Shown here piece after piece: positions 17,212 through 26,589 of a stretch of 36,444 nt of DNA; the first letter of the stretch is position 1; each line of letters opens with the position of its first letter. This DNA is from Paracoccaceae bacterium (GTDB lineage: Bacteria; Pseudomonadota; Alphaproteobacteria; Rhodobacterales; Rhodobacteraceae). Where the stretch lies: assembly GCA_002401045.1 (NCBI GenBank), contig NVSA01000001.1:32216-68659 (forward strand), read 5' to 3'. Below the pieces are notes generated by a model. The model was not told the origin of the DNA. It did not search any database and saw only the letters and a list, made by a program, of their open reading frames with translations. Position numbers and translations under genes: made by a program.

Positions 17212-18705
17212 CTATTCTGCGGCAGTAGATGCAGCTGTTTCGCTGTAACCTTCGGGATGAAACGTTCCGTTTTCATCGCGGAAAGCATAGGCAAAATCAG
17301 GCCAAAGCACGGTGAGACGGTCACTGCGCGGATCGCGGTACCAAAACTTACAACCACCATCGAGCCAGACAGTGCCTTTACTACGTTTCTCAATGTCGAG
17401 CAGATACTCTGCCTCAGCTTCAGGTTTTGCTTCCAGAACCTCAACGCCGTGCTTTTTGGCATGTTCAAGTGCGCCCAGAATATAATCTGCCTGCGCCTCA
17501 ATCATATAGACCATCGAGTGATGACCCAGCCCAGTATTAGGCCCCAGCACCATGAACATGTTCGGGAAATTTGGCACAGCGGTGGAATCGTAGGCTTGCA
17601 TACCTTGATCCCATTGATCCGCCAATTTGACACCGCCACGCCCATACACAACATGTGCCACAGGTGGTTCAGGTGCTTCAAACCCAGTGGCGAAAATCAG
17701 CACATCCAGATCATATTCTTTGCCGCTAACCGCAATGGCAGTACTACCATCAACCTTTTCCAGCGCCGATGTTTCCAAGGTCACGTGGTCTTGATTAAAG
17801 GCTGGGTAATAATTGTTAGCAATCAAAACCCGCTTACAGCCAATCACATAATTCGGCGTTAAGTTATCACGCAATTCAGGATCAGAGATTTGATCTGCCA
17901 AGTGACCCAACGCCATATCACGGGCTTCAGCCACAAAAGCAGGCACCGCACGGCGCTGTGCAAACATATACTCGCCCATCCAGAAAATTTCTGACCGCAA
18001 GGCATCCATTGATTCAGGCAGACGCTCAAAACTACGTTTCTCAGCGCTTGAATATGCACGATCAGGACGCGGTACAATATAGGGTGCGCTACGTTGAAAC
18101 ACGACAAGTTCACTGGCGGTTTTAGCAACTTCAGGCACAATCTGGATCGCGGATGCACCAGACCCAACAATACCCACACGTTTACCTTCAAGCGAGATCG
18201 AATGATCCCAACAAGCCGAATGGAAAGCATCCCCCGTAAAGCCTTGAACACCAGGAATTTTAGGCAGGTGAGCATCCGCCAGAACACCCGTCGCAGTAAT
18301 CAAATATTGCGCACGCCATGCGCCCTGAGGTGTTTCTACCAACCAACGACGGCTGGCCTCATCCCACTCGGCCTTTAAAAGTTCAGCCCCAAAATGGATA
18401 TGTGGCACAAGCCCAGGTTTTTTAGCGCAATCGCGCAGATAACTCCAGATTTCACCACCGGGTGAAAACACCCGCGACCAGTCGGCCTTTGGCATATAAG
18501 AAAACGAATACAGATGCGACGGTACATCACAAGCCACACCAGGGTATGTATTATCACGCCAAGCACCACCAACATCGTCAGCACGTTCAAGGATAACGAA
18601 ATCATCGACACCCTTTTCTTTCAGGCGCATCGCCATGCCCAGTCCGCCGAAGCCAGCGCCGACAATGATAATGGATGTATCGTGAATCGATTGTTGTTTT
18701 GTCAT
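17212..18705 (-). CDS. Type I Baeyer-Villiger monooxygenase (FAD/NADPH)
   Basis: GAGFGG, GGAWRDNTYPGVACD, fingerprint FTGDAFHSACWD, second Rossmann motif GSGASA, GCKR and ATGF. Confidence 0.92.
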   Translation of the reverse strand: MTKQQSIHDTSIIIVGAGFGGLGMAMRLKEKGVDDFVILERADDVGGAWRDNTYPGVACDVPSHLYSFSYMPKADWSRVFSPGGEIWSYLRDCAKKPGLVPHIHFGAELLKAEWDEASRRWLVETPQGAWRAQYLITATGVLADAHLPKIPGVQGFTGDAFHSACWDHSISLEGKRVGIVGSGASAIQIVPEVAKTASELVVFQRSAPYIVPRPDRAYSSAEKRSFERLPESMDALRSEIFWMGEYMFAQRRAVPAFVAEARDMALGHLADQISDPELRDNLTPNYVIGCKRVLIANNYYPAFNQDHVTLETSALEKVDGSTAIAVSGKEYDLDVLIFATGFEAPEPPVAHVVYGRGGVKLADQWDQGMQAYDSTAVPNFPNMFMVLGPNTGLGHHSMVYMIEAQADYILGALEHAKKHGVEVLEAKPEAEAEYLLDIEKRSKGTVWLDGGCKFWYRDPRSDRLTVLWPDFAYAFRDENGTFHPEGYSETAASTAAE

Positions 18706-18725
18706 TTTGATGTCTCCTTCAGAGT

Positions 18726-19598
18726 TTAGGGCCGAACCACGGGAAGTGTTGCGCCTGCGGGATATTCTTGCGGATTAGCGGCGAAAAGATCGATCAGACG
18801 CAACGCCTCTGCGGGGCGTTCAAACACCACAGCATGACCTGATGCCAACTCAGCGTAGCGTGCATTTTCAATCGTTCCGAACAGCGCACGACTATGATGT
18901 ACAGGCACCATCATGTCGTAACTACAAGCGATAATCAGCGTCGTCGCCGTGATATCGGGAACCAAATCCACAATATCAATACGGCTGTTCAATTCCATTT
19001 GTTTGTCGACAAAATCATCGAGCGGCATTGCAGCACCGCCTGCTAAATCCTCAAAGGTTTTAGATGACAAAAACGGCGCACCAAAGGCACCGTAGACAGT
19101 AAAATCATCAAGCTTCGGCGATTTCAGGGCGCGCAATTCATGCCAAACCCGATTGAAAAGAAGCTGTTGCATGTCGGTCTTCATCCAACCCGCCAACAGA
19201 ACAAGATTACATACAATCTTAGGATGACGTGCCGCAGTGAAACCCGCGATTGCCGCCCCAAGGGAATAACCAAGCAATGTTATCTCTTGATCTGGAACCG
19301 CATTGGCAATGACTGCCAAAACCTGCGCTTCAAGATGCTCAAGCTCTAATGGATCATCGCCCGTAACAGGATTAGCTAGATCAACCGAAATAACGCGGTG
19401 ACGCACAGCCAGCATTGGAAAAAGAAACCCAAAATGCCCTCGTGTCGTCCCAGAGGAGCCGTGAACCATTACAATCGGCGGGCAACTTGTATTTGACTGG
19501 CCTGCTTCGTGATATGTGACGCGAACGCCATTCACTTCAATCTGTCGTGTGACAACACCCGTTGCGAGCGGTGGCATCATAGTATCTGTATCCTTCAT
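18726..19598 (-). CDS. Alpha/beta hydrolase (putative esterase or lactonase)
   Basis: MVHGS oxyanion motif, GYSLG nucleophile, D in YDMMVP and H in SGHAVVFE; strong AGGAGG RBS. Confidence 0.88.
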   Translation of the reverse strand: MKDTDTMMPPLATGVVTRQIEVNGVRVTYHEAGQSNTSCPPIVMVHGSSGTTRGHFGFLFPMLAVRHRVISVDLANPVTGDDPLELEHLEAQVLAVIANAVPDQEITLLGYSLGAAIAGFTAARHPKIVCNLVLLAGWMKTDMQQLLFNRVWHELRALKSPKLDDFTVYGAFGAPFLSSKTFEDLAGGAAMPLDDFVDKQMELNSRIDIVDLVPDITATTLIIACSYDMMVPVHHSRALFGTIENARYAELASGHAVVFERPAEALRLIDLFAANPQEYPAGATLPVVRP

Positions 19599-19695
19599 TG
19601 TGCTCCTCCTTTACAAGCGTCGCCCTTTCTTCAAACGGCACGCCTGTCTATCTGAATTTATTGCTAGTCGGCGCTAGCGCATTATCTTTCCACCG

Positions 19696-19759
19696 ATGTT
19701 AAACTGACCACCCTGCCCGCCTTTCACGTCCACAGCACTATTGCTTTGCAATCGCGGAA
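19696..19759 (-). promoter_or_regulatory. Activator-dependent promoter copy upstream of the hydrolase-BVMO unit
   Basis: Minus strand TTC-N7-GCAAAG-N5-GTGC-N7-GTGAA-N21-TAACAT; same layout as at 21365 and 27452. Confidence 0.65.
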
Positions 19760-19769
19760 CCCTTGGTAA

Positions 19770-20540
19770 TCAGTACCCTGTGGCAGGACGCATAAGTTCT
19801 CGTCGTTCCGCGCGTGGAGTGGCATCAAAATGATCCGCCGCACCGCGATCCTCATCGCGTACAAACCAATGCACTTGGCAATCTGAAATCGTGCTGAAAA
19901 CCGTTTCAGCCACCATATCGGGGGTCACATGCACACCTGCAAGTTCCACGGATTTAGCTGTGTCATCGGCCTTGGACAGCATCGGGGTATCAACGTAGCC
20001 CACCATGATGTCGCAAACCCAAATACCCATCGGTTCAAACTCAATATTAAGCGCCTCGGTCAGGCCCCGTATAGCAAATTTACTGGCTGAATAGATCGCC
20101 AGATCTGGCACGCCGTAGATGGCGGCAGAAGAACTCATCGTTATAATCCGCGCGTCATCACATGCTTTTAGGTATGGAAGAGCCGTCGCAATACAATTGA
20201 CAACACCCTTTACGTTCACGTCAAAAATAGCATCAAACCGATCAAGGGGCGTATCTGCAAAAGCGCGCATATCCAAAAGACCTGCTGAATTGAACAGCGC
20301 AGAAATTTCACCTTTAGCCCCTGCAAAATCTTCAAGTGCCGCCGCAACAGCGCCCCGATCAAGAACATCCATTGAATAACCCTTAGCTTTATGACCAAGA
20401 GTATCCGCAAGCTTTTGTACCGCTTCACCATCACGATCAGCCAAGCCCACACGCCAGCCCCGCCCCGCAAAAAGCCGTGCCGTCGCCGCCCCAATTCCCG
20501 AAGCGGCCCCTGTTATAAAAATCGATTTTGTATCAGTCAA
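19770..20540 (-). CDS. SDR family oxidoreductase
   Basis: TGAASGIG, LADRD, FNSAG and YSASK. Probable TTG start at 20540 overlapping the upstream stop. Confidence 0.88.
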   Translation of the reverse strand: MTDTKSIFITGAASGIGAATARLFAGRGWRVGLADRDGEAVQKLADTLGHKAKGYSMDVLDRGAVAAALEDFAGAKGEISALFNSAGLLDMRAFADTPLDRFDAIFDVNVKGVVNCIATALPYLKACDDARIITMSSSAAIYGVPDLAIYSASKFAIRGLTEALNIEFEPMGIWVCDIMVGYVDTPMLSKADDTAKSVELAGVHVTPDMVAETVFSTISDCQVHWFVRDEDRGAADHFDATPRAERRELMRPATGY

Positions 20541-21288
20541 CGAATTGCCCACCCGCCGAATAAAGGGTTTGCCCCGTGGTGTAACTGCTGTCGTCACTCA
20601 CAAGAAAAAGACAACTATTCGCTTGTTCGCGCGGCGTTCCCGTGCGCTTCATCGGGGTCATTTCCATCGCCCAGCGGTCTTCATCGCTGTCCTTGGCAAA
20701 GTCCCACATTGGCGTTGACGTAAACCCAGGGGCGACAGCATTTACACGAATACCCGTTTCAGCCAGCTCCAGCGCCATCACTTTCGTCAGCATGATGACC
20801 CCTGCCTTGGCCATGCAATAGGCACCCGATCCTTCGATTGGAATTTTACCTGCCGTTGAAGTAATATTAACAATCGCACCGCCGTGGCCCTGACGCTTCA
20901 AAACCCGTGCAAGAGCGCGTGCCGAACGCACCGTCCCTGTTAAATTTATATCAAGCATCCGTTGAAAGTTTTCGGTTTCAAGCTCTAGGATTGGAATTGG
21001 GTCATAGCGAATACCTGCCGCAAAAACACCAATGTCCACCTGACCAAAACGCTCTACAGCCGCATCAACCATCGCGTCACAATCAGCATCAGAAGTTGCA
21101 TCTGTTTTCTTGAAAACAGCTGTGCCACCGACCACCTCAATCGCTTTTTGGGTTGCGTCACAAGGTTGTAAATCAGCTAGCAATATACGCGCGCCTTCCT
21201 CTGCAAAGCGTACCGCACAGGCCTGTCCTATTCCGCTGGCAGCACCTGTCACAATCGCGACTTTGCCTTCTAATTTTTTCGCACCCAT
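20533..21288 (-). CDS. SDR family NAD-dependent oxidoreductase
   Basis: GKVAIVTGAASGIG, LADL, YCMAK and RVNAVAPG; ATG at 21288 behind GAGGAG. Confidence 0.9.
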   Translation of the reverse strand: MGAKKLEGKVAIVTGAASGIGQACAVRFAEEGARILLADLQPCDATQKAIEVVGGTAVFKKTDATSDADCDAMVDAAVERFGQVDIGVFAAGIRYDPIPILELETENFQRMLDINLTGTVRSARALARVLKRQGHGGAIVNITSTAGKIPIEGSGAYCMAKAGVIMLTKVMALELAETGIRVNAVAPGFTSTPMWDFAKDSDEDRWAMEMTPMKRTGTPREQANSCLFLVSDDSSYTTGQTLYSAGGQFVD

Positions 21289-21364
21289 TTTTTCACTCCT
21301 CAACAAATGATCCATCTCAAAAACAATTAAGCTTTTGAGCGTCGCGCACGACGTATATTTTTCT

Positions 21365-21427
21365 ATGCTAGATCAAAGAAATCCGCTGGCTTGTTGAAGC
21401 AGGCATTACATATTTGCGTTGCGGGAA
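21365..21427 (-). promoter_or_regulatory. Activator-dependent promoter copy upstream of the SDR pair
   Basis: Minus strand TTC-N7-GCAAAT-N5-ATGC-N7-AACAA-N20-TAGCAT. Confidence 0.6.
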
Positions 21428-21445
21428 CTCATGCCGCTTAATCGT

Positions 21446-21474
21446 CAGGGCGCCCAAGAGTTTTGGACGCCCTG
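21446..21474 (-). terminator. GC-rich hairpin closing the ABC transporter unit
   Basis: CAGGGCGcCCAA-gagtt-TTGGaCGCCCTG inverted repeat about 22 bp after the livF-like stop; no clear U tract. Confidence 0.45.
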
Positions 21475-21496
21475 CGTAAATTTCACACTGGGTATT

Positions 21497-22204
21497 TTAG
21501 GCAGCCTCGCCAATATCCCCAAGGTAAAGATGGTGCAGTTGATCAGGATCATTCCCAAGCGTTGCACAATCCCCTTCATACACAAAAGAACCGCGCCGCA
21601 TAACATAGGCCCTGTCACCAATTTCCAAAGCAAGGTTCGCAAATTGTTCAACCAGAACCACAGCCAAGCCCAGATCAGCCAAGCGTCGGACACCCTTCAT
21701 CAGGCGGTTAACAACAACAGGCGCCAACCCCGCAGACATTTCGTCAATCAACACAACTTTGGGACGCCCAACCAGAGCACGGCCAATCACCACCATTTGC
21801 TGCTCGCCGCCCGAAAGCATCATGGATTGTACATCCTTACGGGCAAGCAGTTCAGGGAACAGCTCATAGATTTCTTCAAGGCTGGCATCTGGATGCAAGG
21901 CAACTTTCAGGTTCTCTTCCGTTGTCATACTGCCAAAGATCGTGCGGCCTTGTTCCACATGGGCAATACCTGCCAACGCCCGTTTGCCCGCACTGACTTT
22001 AACCATGTCATTGCCTTCCAGCTCAACCGACCCACTCGCAATAGGAATGATCCCTGAAATACCTTCCAACAAGGTGGTTTTACCTGCCCCATTTGCGCCC
22101 AGTAACACACTAATTTCACCAGAGGACGCAACCAAATTCACCTCTCGAACCACAGGAATTCCCATGCGTTTGATCACTAGGTTTTCAGTTTCCAGAATGT
22201 TCAT
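21497..22204 (-). CDS. ABC transporter ATP-binding protein, LivF-like
   Basis: GANGAGKTT, LSGGEQQM, LIDE and LVEQ. Confidence 0.92.
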   Translation of the reverse strand: MNILETENLVIKRMGIPVVREVNLVASSGEISVLLGANGAGKTTLLEGISGIIPIASGSVELEGNDMVKVSAGKRALAGIAHVEQGRTIFGSMTTEENLKVALHPDASLEEIYELFPELLARKDVQSMMLSGGEQQMVVIGRALVGRPKVVLIDEMSAGLAPVVVNRLMKGVRRLADLGLAVVLVEQFANLALEIGDRAYVMRRGSFVYEGDCATLGNDPDQLHHLYLGDIGEAA

Positions 22205-23925
22205 TGTGCCGCCTCCTCGTCAAAATCAATCCCCATATATGCTTTCTTGACGCTGGGCATATCAAGTACTTCTTGCGTTGCACCCGCAGCCAATACAGCC
22301 CCGAAATCTAGCACCGTTACTTGCGAACAAGCGGATCGAACCAGATCCATATCATGTTCAATCAACAGCACGGATGACCCAAAGCGTTCTGGAATTTCCG
22401 CAATGCGTTTACCCAGCATCACCGCCTCGGCATAAGACTGTCCAGCCGCAGGTTCATCCAAAAGGATAACCGGCGGACGGGCCGCCACAGCACCCGCAAC
22501 ATCAAGCAAACGTCGCGCCCCTGCATCAACCGAACTGATTAACTGTTCAGAAGGCGGGCAATCCAGCCAAACCAAAATCGCATCGACCTCTTCGTCACTA
22601 AGACCCCCACCAGACGCCAGACGAATATATTCGCCAACGGTCAATTCAGGTGCCATTCTTGTGGTTTGCCATGTCCGACGCAGCCCTGCCCGCGCACGTT
22701 GCGTTGCAGAAAGCGCGTCAATTTCTTTACCCTGAAACAGGATTTTGCCCTCATAGCTAAGAAGAAACCCCGTGATCGCATCTACAAAGGTTGATTTACC
22801 AGCACCATTAGGACCAATCAGCCCCACAACAGTGCCTTGTGGCACCACCAAAGATGCCCGATTCAAGGCAACAACATTGCCGTAACGCACTGTAACATCG
22901 CGCATTTCCAATACGGCCTTATCGCCATCCAGCACACGGGCGGCGGGCAACGATGCCTCAGAAGCCCGCTTTTGAGTGCGAATACGACGCGGTAAAATTT
23001 TGCGACCCAACCGCCCAAAAGCTTCGCTGATTGTCTCACCCGTACTCAAAGCTTGAACCGCCCCGACGCCGAAAAAGACACTGCCTAAATCTTGGGGCAA
23101 TGACAGACGGCGCAACAATTCAGGGAAAAGGGCAACCAAGACCCCGCCCAGAATAGCCCCAAGCGGGAACTGCGCCCCGACCATAATTGCAACGGCAAAG
23201 AGTACCAAGGATTGCATCATCGAAAAGTTATCCGCCAGCAATGTTCCCATATATCCAGCCAGCAATCCGCCTGAAATTCCAGCGATAAAAGCACTGATTG
23301 CAAAAGCGCTCAGCTTAGCCTTAGGCACAGAAACGCCAAGCGAGGCCGCCGCGCGTTCAGAATGGCGAATGGCAAGCCATGACGCCCCCAAACGTGACCG
23401 CGTGATAAATTCAAGCGCAACCGCAATGATGCCATATATCGCCAGCACAAAAATAAAATACCCCTGATCGCTTTCAAGACCCGATGGTCTGGCCACCATC
23501 GTGAACGTGGTTTGCCCTGGATAGGTAATCGTTCCCAGAACCACACCAAAAGCAACGGCAAACCCCAAAGTTACAATCGCAAGATTGATGCCCCGCAACC
23601 GTAAAGCAGGCAGTCCAATCGCAATGCCAAAAGGCAAAGCTGCCAGCCCGCCGATCAATAACCAAACAGGCAGACCCCCAGGGAAATCAATCACGTTTAG
23701 ATAGCCGACAACCCAAGCACCAACCCCTGCAAACGACATCTGGCAGAGCGAAATCATACCAGCGCGTCCAACAACAAGCCCTAGGCTTTGCAACGCAACA
23801 CCAATGATAAAGACCGCCGTAATCAAGAAGATCCAGTATGAGGATAAAAGAAACAGGCACAAAGCACCTGCGATGAAAATTAAGGCCGCTGTTTTTAAAG
23901 CGGCAAAGCTACTATCGCGCTTCAT
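22201..23925 (-). CDS. Fused ABC permease/ATPase (LivM-LivG-like)
   Basis: N-terminal TM domain (PALRLRGINLAIVTLGF) plus GPNGAGKST, LLDEPAAG and LIEHDM. Start placed at MKRDSS. Confidence 0.9.
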   Translation of the reverse strand: MKRDSSFAALKTAALIFIAGALCLFLLSSYWIFLITAVFIIGVALQSLGLVVGRAGMISLCQMSFAGVGAWVVGYLNVIDFPGGLPVWLLIGGLAALPFGIAIGLPALRLRGINLAIVTLGFAVAFGVVLGTITYPGQTTFTMVARPSGLESDQGYFIFVLAIYGIIAVALEFITRSRLGASWLAIRHSERAAASLGVSVPKAKLSAFAISAFIAGISGGLLAGYMGTLLADNFSMMQSLVLFAVAIMVGAQFPLGAILGGVLVALFPELLRRLSLPQDLGSVFFGVGAVQALSTGETISEAFGRLGRKILPRRIRTQKRASEASLPAARVLDGDKAVLEMRDVTVRYGNVVALNRASLVVPQGTVVGLIGPNGAGKSTFVDAITGFLLSYEGKILFQGKEIDALSATQRARAGLRRTWQTTRMAPELTVGEYIRLASGGGLSDEEVDAILVWLDCPPSEQLISSVDAGARRLLDVAGAVAARPPVILLDEPAAGQSYAEAVMLGKRIAEIPERFGSSVLLIEHDMDLVRSACSQVTVLDFGAVLAAGATQEVLDMPSVKKAYMGIDFDEEAAQ

Positions 23926-24781
23926 CCCACTGGGCTCCTCTTTGTGACCACAACAATACAACCAAAATAACGAGAAAAGGCACCGCCGCGCGGTATTGGT
24001 TTAATCCAACAAAAACACTGGCAAGACCTTCAATGACCCCAATCAAGATGCCCCCCACTAACGCTGCACGGAAGCTCTTGAATGAGCCAATCAACGCCGC
24101 AGCAAAGGCAGGCACAACCAACAGACTCAATGAGCCAAAATCAGGGGATCGCAGAGGCGCTACCAACATAAGCGCAATAGACGTCATCGCACCGCTAGCC
24201 GCCCAAACACCAATTGCCAAACGCCGAACTGGAATGCCCAGCAATTCAGCCGCCATCGGTCTTTCCGAAAGCGCCCTAAGCTGTAGCCCCATGCGCGTGC
24301 GGTTTAGAACCTGCTCGGCAGCCACTGTAAGAAAGACAGCGAATCCGATTGCCACCAGGGATGCGGCAGTAATTGTAACCCCCGCCAATTGAATGCCAGC
24401 CCCGCCAACAATATCAGGGAATGCGCGTGGTTGCTGACCCCCCGTCAGGCGTTGCCCCATGGCGATAATACAGACCAATAAGGCGGCTGTGACGGCGGCT
24501 TTAATCGATTGGCTTGAACCAGAAAACCAAATCGTCGTAATCAAACCGACAGCGGTTGAGGCCAGTGCTCCGACTAGAATACCGACCAAAACTGAAGGCA
24601 AGAGCGGATAGCCCATTTCGGTCATTATGACCATGACGAAGGCACCGATAGCCCCAAGCGCCGTTGCTGTAAATTTCACCACGGAAACAAGCCGATAGGT
24701 AAATACCACACAGACCCCAAGGATCGCGTAGGCGCCGCCAGCGGATAGACCCGCCACGGCTGATGTCAGAAGAGAGTTCAT
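23912..24781 (-). CDS. Branched-chain amino acid-type ABC permease, LivH-like
   Basis: GLSAGGAYAILG, TRMGLQLRALSERPMAAELLGI and FAAALIG. Confidence 0.9.
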   Translation of the reverse strand: MNSLLTSAVAGLSAGGAYAILGVCVVFTYRLVSVVKFTATALGAIGAFVMVIMTEMGYPLLPSVLVGILVGALASTAVGLITTIWFSGSSQSIKAAVTAALLVCIIAMGQRLTGGQQPRAFPDIVGGAGIQLAGVTITAASLVAIGFAVFLTVAAEQVLNRTRMGLQLRALSERPMAAELLGIPVRRLAIGVWAASGAMTSIALMLVAPLRSPDFGSLSLLVVPAFAAALIGSFKSFRAALVGGILIGVIEGLASVFVGLNQYRAAVPFLVILVVLLWSQRGAQWDEAR

Positions 24782-24810
24782 AAGTTTTCCTCACCCGATG
24801 CAGAAACAAA

Positions 24811-24836
24811 GTGGCAACTATAGACATAGCCGCCAC
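24811..24836 (-). other. Stem-loop after the substrate-binding protein gene
   Basis: Minus strand GTGGCGGCTAT-gtct-ATAGTTGCCAC followed by TTTGTTT. Confidence 0.55.
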
Positions 24837-24856
24837 CTCATTATTGCTCGTACTTG

Positions 24857-26041
24857 TTAGTGTGCTTCAGGTAGTTCTAGCCACTCTGGCGTAACCACAT
24901 TCCATGCACCCGCTTTAAGCTCAACCACTTTAACCGCGCGCATTGCGCCATCCATTGCACCTTTACCAAACAGATAAGGACCTGCGGCAATCGGATAAGA
25001 TACAGGTTCCATTGTGCGCAAAGCAGATGACACCGCATCACGCGTGACAGGGCCATCAATGCCCGCAATCACATCCGTGATAATCCGTGCGGCCAAATAT
25101 CCACCTTGAGAAAACGCACTTGGCGATAGTTCAGCTTTGGTCACCATATCAAGCCAGCCTTTGTTCGCCTCATTACGCAAAGTGTAAGGTTCCCATTCGG
25201 TACCAACATAAATCGGTTGCTTGGTCTTTGCCAATGCAGAGGCCACACCTTCAGTATATCCTGATGCCAAGAACACCCAATCAATACCTGTGATGCCTTG
25301 CGCATCAGCCGTGTTGATCAACTGAACAATACCAGGTTCAACCTGATTGGTGAAAACCGCATCACAGCCCGCATCACGTGCGCGGATCAAATACGGTGTC
25401 AAATCACCCTGTACCGGAAGTGTCATATCGAGAATATGCAGTTTTTTGCCCGTGATGGCTTCCCAATCACTCATAGCGCCTTCCATTGCTTCGCGCCAAC
25501 CGCCGATAACATAGTTAAAGGCACAAACACGTTTAGCGTCCAGCTTCTCACTGGCGAAATAAAGCATCGCAGTCGACAACAAGTAAGGCCCAGGAGCCAC
25601 ACCAGAAACCGACGGTGCCGTGTAGCATACTGGATCAACAGCTAGACCAGCCACATCAAGCACATTCGAGCGTTGATAAAACCCTGCATTAACACCGCAA
25701 TCTAGCAAACTAGCACTCCCCACCATGGCGACAACTTTTTTGTTATCAACAAGGTTACGGGCAGCCTGTGTCGCAATCAGCGGATCGCCGCGATCGTCTG
25801 CAATCTCGAATTCAACCATACAGCCATTGATGCCGCCAGATGCGTTGAGTTGTTCAAAGAATGCCGCTGTCGCTTTTGGTGCTGCTGAAAAATCCACAGG
25901 CCCCGTGACAGTAGACACCGCACCCAATTGAATAGGTCCGTTTTCGCATGTCGGACCAGAAGCAAGTGCCGTTCCTGCCGTTGCGAGCAACCCTAGACCG
26001 ATCGCCGACCCCAATCGGATCGTTTTAGATAGTTTCTTCAT
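24857..26041 (-). CDS. ABC substrate-binding protein, LivK/Peripla_BP_6-like
   Basis: Signal peptide; LNASGGINGC..DDRGDP and VVAMVG motifs. Confidence 0.9.
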   Translation of the reverse strand: MKKLSKTIRLGSAIGLGLLATAGTALASGPTCENGPIQLGAVSTVTGPVDFSAAPKATAAFFEQLNASGGINGCMVEFEIADDRGDPLIATQAARNLVDNKKVVAMVGSASLLDCGVNAGFYQRSNVLDVAGLAVDPVCYTAPSVSGVAPGPYLLSTAMLYFASEKLDAKRVCAFNYVIGGWREAMEGAMSDWEAITGKKLHILDMTLPVQGDLTPYLIRARDAGCDAVFTNQVEPGIVQLINTADAQGITGIDWVFLASGYTEGVASALAKTKQPIYVGTEWEPYTLRNEANKGWLDMVTKAELSPSAFSQGGYLAARIITDVIAGIDGPVTRDAVSSALRTMEPVSYPIAAGPYLFGKGAMDGAMRAVKVVELKAGAWNVVTPEWLELPEAH

Positions 26042-26091
26042 TTATTTATCCTCTCTCTTGTTAATTTATTGAATGAACACGCCAAAGACGG

Positions 26092-26553
26092 TCACTTCTC
26101 CTCCACGTCACTGAGCCGCTGAAAGCCGATAAAAACCAGCTCTTCATCGCCATTTACCCAATGATGCATAGTGCCAGAACCAAAGACGATGACGTCCCCT
26201 GGTCCAAAATCAAAACTTGAATCCATTGATCCGTCGGGGGCATCGTTGCCCATCGTGCCGTGACCCGAAACAATGTAGCCGACATAGGTGTCTGGCCCGT
26301 CATGGCTTACGATTTTGCCACCTGCCGCGACACGACCCTCAAACATTTTGTACCCGTCCATGCCGCTCCAAAGCTGTGCATAGCTAAAGCCTTCATTCGC
26401 CATGCCAGCGATCTCAGGTATTTCGGTAAGTGCGGGTGCCTCTAAAGCCTTAACCTTAGGTATGCCCGCCGCGTCATCCGTTACAACGTAGATGTCAGCC
26501 GTAGCCATAACTGGAAATAATGCGGCCGTAACCGCGTATAAAATGCGTCTCAT
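26092..26553 (-). CDS. Secreted cupin-domain protein
   Basis: Signal peptide MRRILYAVTAALFPVMATA; cupin motifs SHDGPDTYVGYIVSGHG and GPGDVIVFGSGTMHHWVN. Confidence 0.8.
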   Translation of the reverse strand: MRRILYAVTAALFPVMATADIYVVTDDAAGIPKVKALEAPALTEIPEIAGMANEGFSYAQLWSGMDGYKMFEGRVAAGGKIVSHDGPDTYVGYIVSGHGTMGNDAPDGSMDSSFDFGPGDVIVFGSGTMHHWVNGDEELVFIGFQRLSDVEEK

Positions 26554-26589
26554 AGTATCCTCCCTTATGGTGTATTTTCAGTGTTCTGG

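Noticed and set aside
17203-17862. 219-aa plus-strand ORF (likewise 21419-22057, 11093-11635 and 9410-9898)
   Set aside because: Antisense shadows of well-supported genes, with no motifs of their own.
19613-19647. Imperfect hairpin in the hydrolase leader as a riboswitch or terminator
   Set aside because: Several mismatches, no U tract and no recognisable aptamer.
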